Below are positions 57,001 through 64,000 of a stretch of DNA of 64,000 nucleotides, one piece after another. Below the pieces are notes generated by a model. The model was not told the DNA's origin. It did no database searches and saw nothing but the letters and a program-made list of their open reading frames with translations. The first letter of the stretch is position 1, and each line of letters starts with the position of its first letter. The DNA comes from a virus. Its lineage: Duplodnaviria > Caudoviricetes. The position numbers and the translations under genes are program-made. The stretch lies in the IMG/VR virus record IMGVR_UViG_3300027129_000004, positions 24,107-88,106 of that record, one strand, 5' to 3'.

Positions 57001-58484
57001 TTGATAATATTCAAGGAAAATTAGACACATCGGGAACAAAAACAATTACCAATAATGGTTCTTCTATAGCAGGAGCAACTGTAACTAGTACTGTTAATAT
57101 TTCTGATGGATTGCACTTTAAAGTCAATCACCAAAATCACGGAATGTATTCACCAATCAATCAAGTTACTTTGAGTGGAATCGAATCTGATATTGCTCCT
57201 GTAAAACTAACTGCTGACTATTCTTCTACTTCTACTAGTGATATTACATTAAATTCAATCGGTACTTTAGAAACCTTCGAAAACATTGCTGTTGATTCAA
57301 ATAATCCAGGTTATATTGTTATTGATAATGAAATTATAAAGTATACAGGAACTTCTGGAAATACTTTAACTGGTATTAGTGGTGGAAGAGGAATTGACAA
57401 TACAGTTGCGACATTACACTTGACAAACGCATCCGTATTTAAATACGAATTCAATGGAGTTTCACTCAGAAGAATCAACAAAACTCATAAATTTACAGAT
57501 GTTGATTTAACAAAATATCCAATTGAACTTGATTCTTACCACGTAAAAATAGATCAATCGACACCAGGAACCAATAGAAGCACTGGAAATACTAATTCAT
57601 ATCCAGAGTTATTCTTCAAACAATCTAAATCTGGTGGAACATATTCGTCAACCCCAATTGTTGGGTCTTTTAATGGACCAAAAGCAACACAAAATATCAC
57701 ATTTAATAGTATTAGACCAAATATACAAACATTATTACCAGAAACAACATCAGTTGGAGCAAAAATCAGAACAACAACTGGAACAAGTGTGAATGGAACT
57801 GAAATTTCATTCACGGATAGAGGATTTGAAGATATATCTTTAAATTCTACCAATCAACTAAGTGAAACTTCTGCGATTTATTCTAAAGTAAATGAACTTT
57901 CAAATTTAACCACTTTACCCGGAAATAGATCATTCACTATGGAACTTCTATTGTCAACAGGTGATAGAAAAGTATCTCCAATGATTGATTTGCATAGAGT
58001 AAACATAATCACAACAATGAATAGGATTAATAATCCTGTTTCTGATTTTGCTTTAGATCCAAAAGTAAATCAATTGAGTGGTGACCCAAATGCAGCAATT
58101 TATGTTTCAAAAATTGTAAAGTTACAAAAATCAGCAGATAGTTTGAAAGTTCTCTTTGATGCTTATAGACACTCATCAAATGATATTAGAGTTATGTATA
58201 GATTGCTTAGAAATGATACTCCAGATTCACAACAATTATATGAATTTTTCCCAGGATATGACAATCTTGATGAGAATGGAAACGTAATCGATTCTTCAAA
58301 AAATAATGGAAAATCTGATAGATTCGTTCAAGCATCAAATACTTTAGGTGATTTTGGTAATTATGAATTTACTGGTAAAAATATAACTCCATTCAATGGA
58401 TTCCAAATTAAAATTATTATGACTGGAACAAATCAATCATATGTTCCACTTATTAGAGACTTAAGAGCAATTGCATCAATATGA
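51039..58484 (+). CDS. VrlC-like/DUF4815 virion structural protein
   Basis: NLNVSPYFDDF, QARELTTLQSILQNQ, APGADR, RFK.GFFVDNF, DPLAQSF, DLRAIA. Confidence 0.8.
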   Translation: MPQNTNLNVSPYFDDFDATKGYQRVLFKPGTPIQARELTTLQSILQNQVEKFGKHFFKEGSMVIPGQIGYDSEYSCVQIDDAHLGIPVSSYIDKFIGKSIKGETSGVTAVVENYITNTVSEKNNYTLYVKYKSSSDTNFTNKTFVDGENLISLENVDYTLSSIRANTSFATSIISGSIGKGSAAKIEEGVYFVRGFFITVPKQVVILDQYTNTPTYRVGLLIDEEIAVASNNYNDLFDNAQGFSNYAAPGADRLKISTTLIKKEIDDFNDQDFVELLRVENGGLTKFVDRTDYNLIRDELARRTYDESGDYYVRPFDINVKESLNDRIGNNGVYYSSQKTKQGNNPSKDLACISISPGKAYVRGYEIETISNTIVDIEKPRTTERAENASIPFNVGRQILLNNVFGSIAVGLTTQVSLYDTRTATPGSLSGTKIGVARLYDLKLKNAAYSNASTQFESSLYDIQTYTVLTINTALTQTAPAYIEGKNSGAKGYLVSNASSTTLTLYQVSGSFIANEQIKINGLDISRTITSVKDYSLSDVHQIYSPGFTADPILSKNLSVAEPGTQFTITGNSGGISTVTTSNQNFYVGVNVGDIVSYTKQGESVPTYNRVSAVSGSSRSLTIVATTSVSGVCSGALPGSTITVNDFKVSSLDVLNTQNAFLYARLNNSKVSNLDLTGSDVVFKKSYTITAGEFSDGAWSATLETDTSLTFEPFDEEDYNLTFADGTVAVLDNQKLVPSGRTISIQNITVNSGAAILTATLKKVNTKTRKKIYNRCSSLTINKTSSGVSTSTSGLTISTVYGLRVEDDEISLNVPDVESVIGIFESSSSSTPTLPSITLIGLNSNILNSIKGERIIGKDTGAVASLASNDGTNEVKFVYLNENIFSVGEKVTFEESQISGTVDSIQVGDKNIRTNFILDEGQRSEYLDFSRIIRKPQIAAPTKQITIIYNNYTIDSSDVGDFVGVNSYDKDRYGDDISSVDGISLSDVIDLRPRVAPYSGTKSPFEYESRIFTGENSSRNIFAQQKALNLSYEYYLPRIDRLFLTKEGSFIVNKGVPSLQPKLPNSLDSCLEIATIRLPAYLNRAENASTSLVQHKRYTMKDISRLENRLSNVEYYTSLSLLETDTQNLTIRDATTKLDRFKCGFFVDNFRSYNGGEIRNRDYKASVDDANGLLRPTHYTTSIDLLLGSEAVIGIGQTSNPDADLRFVSDLGSPNIKRVGDIVCLNYSEVEYVKNQFATRSENVNPFNVINWIGSIQLNPSSDTWIETRKTERTYDIEGSYDASMALANADSNTGLSPIDWNSWETTWTGSNVSSSSSGPVFTGSSTESFTIDPGGGRRLVTDVTVTQNNFQTTTNTTVTTTTNQSRQGIQLGVTERFDSTNLGDKIISREIITTMRSRNIEIISKRLKPSSRVYAFFDNVDMTSYVVPKLIEVSMSSGTFVSGETIVGSLGSKTIRFRLATQNHKYGPYNSPTETFLLNPYLLENSLSSSYSSTTTILNVDTASLEMQASSGFYGSIAKSMQLVGQTSGAIAKISDVRLIADESGVFIGSLFIPDPTIPSTPSFRTGTKTFVLTSSSTNSTVVTSDETTAEVNFTSAGTLDNVENSTLRIRNANVERIPRTDSRTLVNSVTSTSTANTADTSTSQSTRWVDPLAQSFEVADTNGVYITKCDIFFKTKDTKGIPVTLQIRTMQSGLPTQTFLPFSEVTLDPKDVKASEDGTVATTFTFPSPVYLEKVGSGYSIVLISSSDSYNVWISRMGEPDISTANKPDSQKIIVSKQPTLGALFKSQNGSTWTASDLEDLKFTLYRADFVTSPASFRFYNPDLSIGNNQVATLRKNPLNAYSNSALIGLGKSLSTSEQTSLVVGNTISQTTNTNFTSNLKSLVGAVGIGSTLTLTNVGSGFTSGATVYSNISLISLTGFGQNAKVNLSVSSGVAVAATITDGGSGYAPGDTLTVSSTDTNNLGKNLILTIPNNVGIISAVNSIIVDNIQGKLDTSGTKTITNNGSSIAGATVTSTVNISDGLHFKVNHQNHGMYSPINQVTLSGIESDIAPVKLTADYSSTSTSDITLNSIGTLETFENIAVDSNNPGYIVIDNEIIKYTGTSGNTLTGISGGRGIDNTVATLHLTNASVFKYEFNGVSLRRINKTHKFTDVDLTKYPIELDSYHVKIDQSTPGTNRSTGNTNSYPELFFKQSKSGGTYSSTPIVGSFNGPKATQNITFNSIRPNIQTLLPETTSVGAKIRTTTGTSVNGTEISFTDRGFEDISLNSTNQLSETSAIYSKVNELSNLTTLPGNRSFTMELLLSTGDRKVSPMIDLHRVNIITTMNRINNPVSDFALDPKVNQLSGDPNAAIYVSKIVKLQKSADSLKVLFDAYRHSSNDIRVMYRLLRNDTPDSQQLYEFFPGYDNLDENGNVIDSSKNNGKSDRFVQASNTLGDFGNYEFTGKNITPFNGFQIKIIMTGTNQSYVPLIRDLRAIASI

Positions 58485-58681
58485 TACCAGTAGAAGGACA
58501 CAAAGGATTGTATCGTGATGAAAAATCAAATGCAATCGTAAATTGCAATGATTATGAATACCAAGAATATTTGAGAGTCAAAAACTCATCATTAGAGGAA
58601 AAAAATGAAATTGAAAATTTAAAAACCGAATTGACTGAGATAAAATCGTTACTTGCAAAACTCTTAGAAAACAAAACCTAA
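58481..58681 (+). CDS. small conserved coiled-coil protein
   Basis: VEGH..LYRD..S.AIVN; EIKSLL. Confidence 0.75.
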   Translation: MIPVEGHKGLYRDEKSNAIVNCNDYEYQEYLRVKNSSLEEKNEIENLKTELTEIKSLLAKLLENKT

Positions 58682-58714
58682 ATATATTAGGAAAGATTTT
58701 ATCTAGTTATCATA

Positions 58715-59053
58715 ATGGCAATATATGTAGCTAATATAACAATTCCAGGGGGTGCTGATTTTAATCAGACATTTTTTCTTGAATCAGTAGCAAATACTCC
58801 ATTGGATTTGACTGGATATACTGGTTATGCAAAATTAAAAAAATCACCAGCATCATTAAATACTTCTGCTGTTTTTACAGTTTCTTTCCCCAATAGACCT
58901 GACGGAAGAGTTAAAATTTCTTTAGGTTCAACTATCACATCAACATTGAGACCAGGAAGATATTGTTATGACATACTATTAGATAGTGGAACAGCAAAGA
59001 CAAGAGTTGTTGAAGGAAGTGCTTTAGTTACTGCTGGAATTACCACCGCATAA
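58715..59053 (+). CDS. conserved virion-associated protein
   Basis: NI.I..GADF, DLTGY, L.PGRY.YD, TRVVEG; CTAAATA upstream. Confidence 0.75.
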   Translation: MAIYVANITIPGGADFNQTFFLESVANTPLDLTGYTGYAKLKKSPASLNTSAVFTVSFPNRPDGRVKISLGSTITSTLRPGRYCYDILLDSGTAKTRVVEGSALVTAGITTA

Positions 59054-59058
59054 AAACA

Positions 59059-59286
59059 ATGTCAGACATTAGAGTAAGAACTAATTCAGACAATTTAATA
59101 AAAGTAAGACTTGGTGCTGATAACGCAAACAGGGTAGTTTCTGCTGTTGCAAATTTAAAAATGAATCTTACCGATTTAAATGATGTCAATACAACTACAG
59201 CAATTCCAAACAATTCAGTACTTGTATACAATTCATCAACAGAACAATGGAATCCATATCCATTCATTGATGGTGGCACATATTGA
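59059..59286 (+). CDS. small virion-associated protein
   Basis: L.DL.DV, VLVYN....W, IDGG.Y. Confidence 0.7.
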   Translation: MSDIRVRTNSDNLIKVRLGADNANRVVSAVANLKMNLTDLNDVNTTTAIPNNSVLVYNSSTEQWNPYPFIDGGTY

Positions 59287-59313
59287 TAAATAATTAGAGT
59301 CTAAAATTAAATA

Positions 59314-60129
59314 ATGTCTCAACCATCAAGTCGTCAAGGATTAATTGATTACTGTTTGCGAAAACTTGGATATCCTGTTCTAGAAATTAACGTCGATGAC
59401 GACCAAATTGACGATTTGGTAGATGATGCTATTCAATTTTTTAATGAAAGACATTATGATGGTGCGGCAAGAGTATATTTAAAACACAAACTTCTACCTG
59501 ATGAAAAAACTATAGTAAGAACAGGTATCACAAGTTCAACTGCAAATTCTTCTGTTGGAATAACAACGGTCAATTATCAAGAAACAAATAATTTTATTCA
59601 ACTTCCAGATACAATTATTGGAGTGAATAACGTATTTAAATCAGATGCAAATACAATATCATCTGGTTTGTTTAATATCAAATATCAAATATTTTTGAAT
59701 GATTTGTATTATTATGGTGCTCTCGATTTGCTAAATTATGCAATGGTAAAAACACATTTGGAAGATATTAGCAGACTAATAACTCCAGATGTTCAATTGA
59801 GATTTAATAAAAAACAACATAGGTTGTATTTGGATATAGACTGGGCAATGGTAAATGAAAATAGTTATATTATTGTCGATTGTATTCGAATTGTAGACCC
59901 ATCAGACTTTTCTGCTGTATATAATGATTGGTGGTTGAAAAGATATTTGACTGCAATCATAAAAAGACAATGGGGTCAAAATTTAATTAAATTTAATGGA
60001 GTTCAACTTCCTGGTGGAATTACGATGAATGGTGAAAGAATATTAAATGATGCGATTAGAGAAATTGAAGAACTTGAGACAGAACTTAAGACTGATTATG
60101 AATTACCCCCAATGGATATGATAGGATAA
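59314..60129 (+). CDS. gp13: neck protein gp13
   Basis: LIDYCLRKLG.PVLEINVDDDQ, KRQWGQNLIKF.GVQLPGG. Confidence 0.92.
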   Translation: MSQPSSRQGLIDYCLRKLGYPVLEINVDDDQIDDLVDDAIQFFNERHYDGAARVYLKHKLLPDEKTIVRTGITSSTANSSVGITTVNYQETNNFIQLPDTIIGVNNVFKSDANTISSGLFNIKYQIFLNDLYYYGALDLLNYAMVKTHLEDISRLITPDVQLRFNKKQHRLYLDIDWAMVNENSYIIVDCIRIVDPSDFSAVYNDWWLKRYLTAIIKRQWGQNLIKFNGVQLPGGITMNGERILNDAIREIEELETELKTDYELPPMDMIG

Positions 60130-61508
60130 TGGCACCACTAAATCCCTATTTTCTGGGAGGTTCTTCCAGTGAGCAAAGACTTGTTCAAGATTTAATCAAC
60201 GAACAACTGAAAATGTATGGGCAAGATGTTGTGTATATGCCCAGACAATTGATTAATGAAAAAACTATTATCAAAGAAGTTTTAGTATCAAAATTTGATG
60301 ATAGTTTTAGAATTGAAGCATATATTTCAAATTTCAATGGATTTGGAGGACAAGGAGATATTTTATCAAAATTTGGAGTAAAGACAAGTGATGAACTAAC
60401 TCTTATCATTTCAAAAGAAAGATATGAAGATTTTATAACTCCATTTTTATTGGATGACCCAGATATCAAAGTTGCAACAAGACCACAAGAAGGAGATTTG
60501 ATTTATCTTCCAATTGATAATGGTCTTTTTGAAATTAAGTACGTTGAAGGTAAAGTTCCATTTTATCAATTAAACAATCTATATGTTTATGAATTGAGAT
60601 GTGAAATCTTTAGATACGAAGATGAACTTATTGATACCAGTATTGATGAAGTTGATAGGTCAGTTCAGGATTTTGGTTATATTCAAACCATTACTATGGT
60701 TAAAGATACTGCAACTACAGCAACTGCTACGGTTTCAATTGCTTCTACACAAAACAATTCAGTTCAATATATTGATTTAATTAATGATGGAACTGGTTAT
60801 CTATCTACACCAACAATTCAAATTACAAAAGCACCAGAAGGTGGAATAGATGCAACAGCAGTTGCTATTATGACCAGCAAAACAGGAAGAACGGGAAATT
60901 CTATTGATAGAATTCTTATAGTTAATCCTGGCATTGGTTATACACAAATACCATCAGTTACAATTGTCGGTCAATCTGGTTCTGGTGCAATTGCAACTGC
61001 TGTTCTTGCATCTAGAACTTTAGGTATTGTAACTATTACTTCTGGTGGAAGTCAATATTCATCTGCTCCTGTTGTTTCAATATCTACTGCTCCTGCTGGT
61101 GGAGTAAATGCAACAGCAGAAGCAGTCCTAACAGTCACTGGAATTGTAACGGCAATTCGTTACACCAATGCTGGTGCTGGATATACGGTTTCCCCAACAA
61201 TTACACTTACAAGTCCTATTGGAATTTCTACTGGTGACTTTGAGTTTAATGAATCGGTTAGAGGTGTTTCTACTGGAACTACTGGATACGTAAAAGATTG
61301 GGATGCGGATACTAGAGTACTTAAAGTTTCAATAGTTGGCGGAAACTTTGCTAATGGTGAATTGATAGTTGGTGCAGCAGCAACACATAAAGTATATTCA
61401 ATCAATACATTTGATGAGTATGACCCTTATGCGGAAAATATTCAAATTGAAGATGAAGCAGATGATATACTTGACTTTTCGCAAAAGAATCCTTTTGGTA
61501 ATTACTAA
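60129..61508 (+). CDS. gp14: neck/head closure protein gp14
   Basis: EQ.LVQDLINEQL, LSKFG, RPQEGDLIY, DFS..NPFG; inserted GSGY modules. Confidence 0.9.
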   Translation: MAPLNPYFLGGSSSEQRLVQDLINEQLKMYGQDVVYMPRQLINEKTIIKEVLVSKFDDSFRIEAYISNFNGFGGQGDILSKFGVKTSDELTLIISKERYEDFITPFLLDDPDIKVATRPQEGDLIYLPIDNGLFEIKYVEGKVPFYQLNNLYVYELRCEIFRYEDELIDTSIDEVDRSVQDFGYIQTITMVKDTATTATATVSIASTQNNSVQYIDLINDGTGYLSTPTIQITKAPEGGIDATAVAIMTSKTGRTGNSIDRILIVNPGIGYTQIPSVTIVGQSGSGAIATAVLASRTLGIVTITSGGSQYSSAPVVSISTAPAGGVNATAEAVLTVTGIVTAIRYTNAGAGYTVSPTITLTSPIGISTGDFEFNESVRGVSTGTTGYVKDWDADTRVLKVSIVGGNFANGELIVGAAATHKVYSINTFDEYDPYAENIQIEDEADDILDFSQKNPFGNY

Positions 61509-61530
61509 ATAATTAATAAACTCTATTGTT

Positions 61531-62589
61531 ATGTTAGGAACTTATAGTTACAATGAAATAATCAGGAAAACCATTATTGCTTTTGGTACACTTTTTAATG
61601 AAGTGTACATCAAGCACGAAGAGCAGGATGGTACTGATTATAGTTTTATGAAAGTTCCTATTGCTTATGGACCAATTCAAAAGTTTTTAGCAAGAGTAGA
61701 ACAAAAACCAGATTTGAGGAAAAGAGTTGCAATGACTCTTCCTCGAATGTCTTTTGAGATGACGAGTTTAAAATATGATAGTAGCAGAAAAGTTTCTGCT
61801 ATGCAGACGTTTAAGGCAATAAAAACTACTGATAGAACAGAACAAATTAAAGTTTTTATGCCGGTTCCTTATAATATTGGATTTCAACTTAGCATTATGA
61901 CTAAGTTGAATGATGATATGCTTCAAATTGTAGAACAAATTCTTCCAGCATTTCAACCAAATTTTACATTAACAATCAATTTAATCTCATCAATAGGTGA
62001 GAAGAAAGATGTTCCTGTAGTCCTGGAGGGAATTAGTATGGAAGATAATTATGAAGGTAATTATACAGAAAGAAGAGCTTTAGTATATACGTTAAACTTT
62101 ACAGCAAAGACGTATCTGTTTGGTCCAATTGCTGATAGCACTGATGGATTAATCAAAAAAGTTCAAGTGGATTATTATACAGATACTAATACTAAGAATG
62201 CGTCAAGACAATTGAGATATACTGCTACACCAAGAGCAATTAAGGACTATGATAATGATAATACAACAACACTCACTCAAGACATTGATGATAAAGTAAC
62301 TGCGTTTGATGTTTCGAGTGCTGTATCACTGGTTAATAATTCTTATATTATGATTGGCAATGAAGAAATGTATATTAAGAATATTTCCGGAAATACATTA
62401 AGTGTATTGAGAGGACAAGACAATACCACGATTACATCTCACACTGAAGGTGATTCAATTGATGCAATCACAACAGCAGATAATGAATTAGTTGAAATGG
62501 ACGATGATTTTGGATTTAGTGAATCTCGTTTTGATTTTGGTGATGGTAAAATTTATAGCACAACAAAGGGGATTGATGTATCATTATGA
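61531..62589 (+). CDS. gp15: tail sheath stabiliser/completion protein gp15
   Basis: IRKTIIAFGTLFN, VPIAYGP.QKFLAR, LPRMSFE, QIVEQILP.FQP. Confidence 0.92.
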   Translation: MLGTYSYNEIIRKTIIAFGTLFNEVYIKHEEQDGTDYSFMKVPIAYGPIQKFLARVEQKPDLRKRVAMTLPRMSFEMTSLKYDSSRKVSAMQTFKAIKTTDRTEQIKVFMPVPYNIGFQLSIMTKLNDDMLQIVEQILPAFQPNFTLTINLISSIGEKKDVPVVLEGISMEDNYEGNYTERRALVYTLNFTAKTYLFGPIADSTDGLIKKVQVDYYTDTNTKNASRQLRYTATPRAIKDYDNDNTTTLTQDIDDKVTAFDVSSAVSLVNNSYIMIGNEEMYIKNISGNTLSVLRGQDNTTITSHTEGDSIDAITTADNELVEMDDDFGFSESRFDFGDGKIYSTTKGIDVSL

Positions 62590-63008
62590 AAAGTAAATTC
62601 GAAAATATAGACGAAGCACTAGAAATAGAAGCAACTTCTGTATCAAAAGAAATTGTAAAAAAATCAAAAGAAGCAATAGCAAGACCAATCTCTGGAGAAG
62701 AAAGTGATAAGGATTATGAATACACACGAGGAAATTTGTATTCATTGATTGAAAAGGGCCAAGAAGCAATTGATAGTATTATGGATTTAGCACAACAAAG
62801 TGATAGTCCAAGAGCATATGAAGTTGCAGGTCAATTAATTAAAAATGTTGGTGATGTGACTGATAAGTTAATTGATTTGCAGCATAAAATGAAGAAACTT
62901 AAAGAGGAAGATACTAGAGGACCTTCTACTGTCAATAATTCTGTTTTTATTGGTTCAACAGCAGACCTTCAAAAATTATTGAAGCAAGGTCTAATGGACT
63001 CTAAATAA
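62586..63008 (+). CDS. gp16: terminase small subunit gp16
   Basis: DYEYTR.NLYSLIEKG, SPRAYEVAGQL, FIGST.DLQK. Confidence 0.9.
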   Translation: MKSKFENIDEALEIEATSVSKEIVKKSKEAIARPISGEESDKDYEYTRGNLYSLIEKGQEAIDSIMDLAQQSDSPRAYEVAGQLIKNVGDVTDKLIDLQHKMKKLKEEDTRGPSTVNNSVFIGSTADLQKLLKQGLMDSK

Positions 63009-63022
63009 TTAAAAAATTTCTA

Positions 63023-64000
63023 ATGAAAACTTTTCAGGAATTTATTTTAGAGGCAAGTTGCAATAAAACTCCAAAAGGAATGGATTGCCCATCACACGGA
63101 AGTGCAGAGTGCCCTAAAGTAAAATCACACAAAACGGTTAAAGCAATTGCAGCAAAGCATCGTTTGGATGTTTCTTTTATTGCAAATCAACTTAAGATGG
63201 GAATTCCCATCGAACACGAGCACACAAAAAACAAAACACTAGCAACTGACATTGCACTTCAACATCTTGAAGAAATTCCAGATTATTACACTCGTCTCAA
63301 AAAAATGGAAGCAAGTGCGAAAAAAGAACACAAGAAATTCAAAGACGTAAAGGAAACAGTTACGATTGAAGACGCAAATGGAAATACATTTTTGGAAATT
63401 ATTGATTTAATTAAACCAGAAAGAATGAAAGGTATTAGTGAGGGAAGAAAATCGGGAGATTATTCACTACACGATTGGTTTTCAAAAAGCAGATCAAGTG
63501 ATGGGAAACCGGGATGGGTTCAACTAGGAGGCAAATACGCAGGAAAACCTTGTGCGAAGCAACCAGGACAAACCACTAAACCAAAGTGTGGTTCATCAAA
63601 AATGGCTGCAAATATGTCCGATGATGAAGAGGATGCAGCAGCAAGAAGAAAAAGAAAAGAAGACCCAAATCCAGATAGGTCAGGACAAGCAAAAAATGTT
63701 GCGACTGAGGAATTTGTAAGCGAAGATGCCTGTAAAGAAAAAGTAAAATCTCGTTATAAAATTTGGCCTAGTGCTTATGCTTCTGGGGCACTTGTCAAAT
63801 GTCGTAAAGTTGGTGCTAAAAATTGGGGCAATAAAAGTAAAGATGTAAAAGAAGGGTATACACGCATACAGTCTCGTGGTTCTACTTATAGTATCGTGTT
63901 AAATTGGAGAGGAAAATATCTTTCAGTTCAAATGTTTTTCCCACAATTTGCTAGACCACCAAAAGATCAGGTTACTTATGAAGTGAGGAAGATATATCCT
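63023..64000 (+). CDS. putative internal head polyprotein (partial, runs off the window)
   Basis: CTAAATA at 63001; MKTFQEFILEA capsid-targeting-like N-terminus; MGI.IEHEHT..IALQHL.E.PDYY (DUF5661-like) and further small modules. Confidence 0.7.
   Translation, partial: MKTFQEFILEASCNKTPKGMDCPSHGSAECPKVKSHKTVKAIAAKHRLDVSFIANQLKMGIPIEHEHTKNKTLATDIALQHLEEIPDYYTRLKKMEASAKKEHKKFKDVKETVTIEDANGNTFLEIIDLIKPERMKGISEGRKSGDYSLHDWFSKSRSSDGKPGWVQLGGKYAGKPCAKQPGQTTKPKCGSSKMAANMSDDEEDAAARRKRKEDPNPDRSGQAKNVATEEFVSEDACKEKVKSRYKIWPSAYASGALVKCRKVGAKNWGNKSKDVKEGYTRIQSRGSTYSIVLNWRGKYLSVQMFFPQFARPPKDQVTYEVRKIYP

Noticed and set aside
62230-62480. Extra domain in gp15 (I.NE......L...RG...T....H), also seen in the large baseplate proteins
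   Set aside because: A decorative module I recall as common in cyanomyovirus structural proteins; not distinctive
563-62769. Minus-strand and nested ORFs in the track (e.g. 1669-2103, 16996-17484, 43055-43516, 55580-55933)
   Set aside because: Shadows of well-supported plus-strand genes, with no RBS or recognisable motifs

Overview
The window is part of a T4-like cyanomyovirus genome (AT-rich, almost all genes on the + strand). It has three zones. (1) 1-25.4 kb is a hypervariable early region of about 80 mostly tiny, often acidic ORFs. It also holds tRNA-Cys(GCA), tRNA-Arg(TCT), two GIY-YIG homing endonucleases, a metallophosphoesterase, an HNH nuclease, an SF2 helicase, an ArdA-like protein and a DUF2786 protein. 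It is partitioned by 19 copies of a 24-bp palindrome (TGTGCCA[C/G]T-N6-A[C/G]TGGCACA), each 28-30 nt upstream of a -10 box. (2) 25.4-26.7 kb is a largely non-coding, origin-like segment with two more, divergently oriented palindrome promoters, an AT-rich tract and a single-strand TTCGTTAT array, followed by an HNH gene. (3) 27.9-64 kb is the conserved late module: glycosyltransferase-like gene, speD, gp25, gp6, a gp7-like protein apparently split around two fibre genes, gp8, a VrlC-like protein, gp13, gp14, gp15, gp16 and a partial internal-head polyprotein. The most notable signals are three. First, the palindrome promoters appear to act as gene-cassette boundaries: there is a filled/empty site pair with a 16-bp duplication, a GC-rich cassette, and stop codons supplied by the element. 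Second, both GIY-YIG genes carry the same late-promoter small-RNA module antisense to their 5' leader. Third, the origin-like repeat region itself. All functional calls come from motif recognition by eye; no database searches were run.
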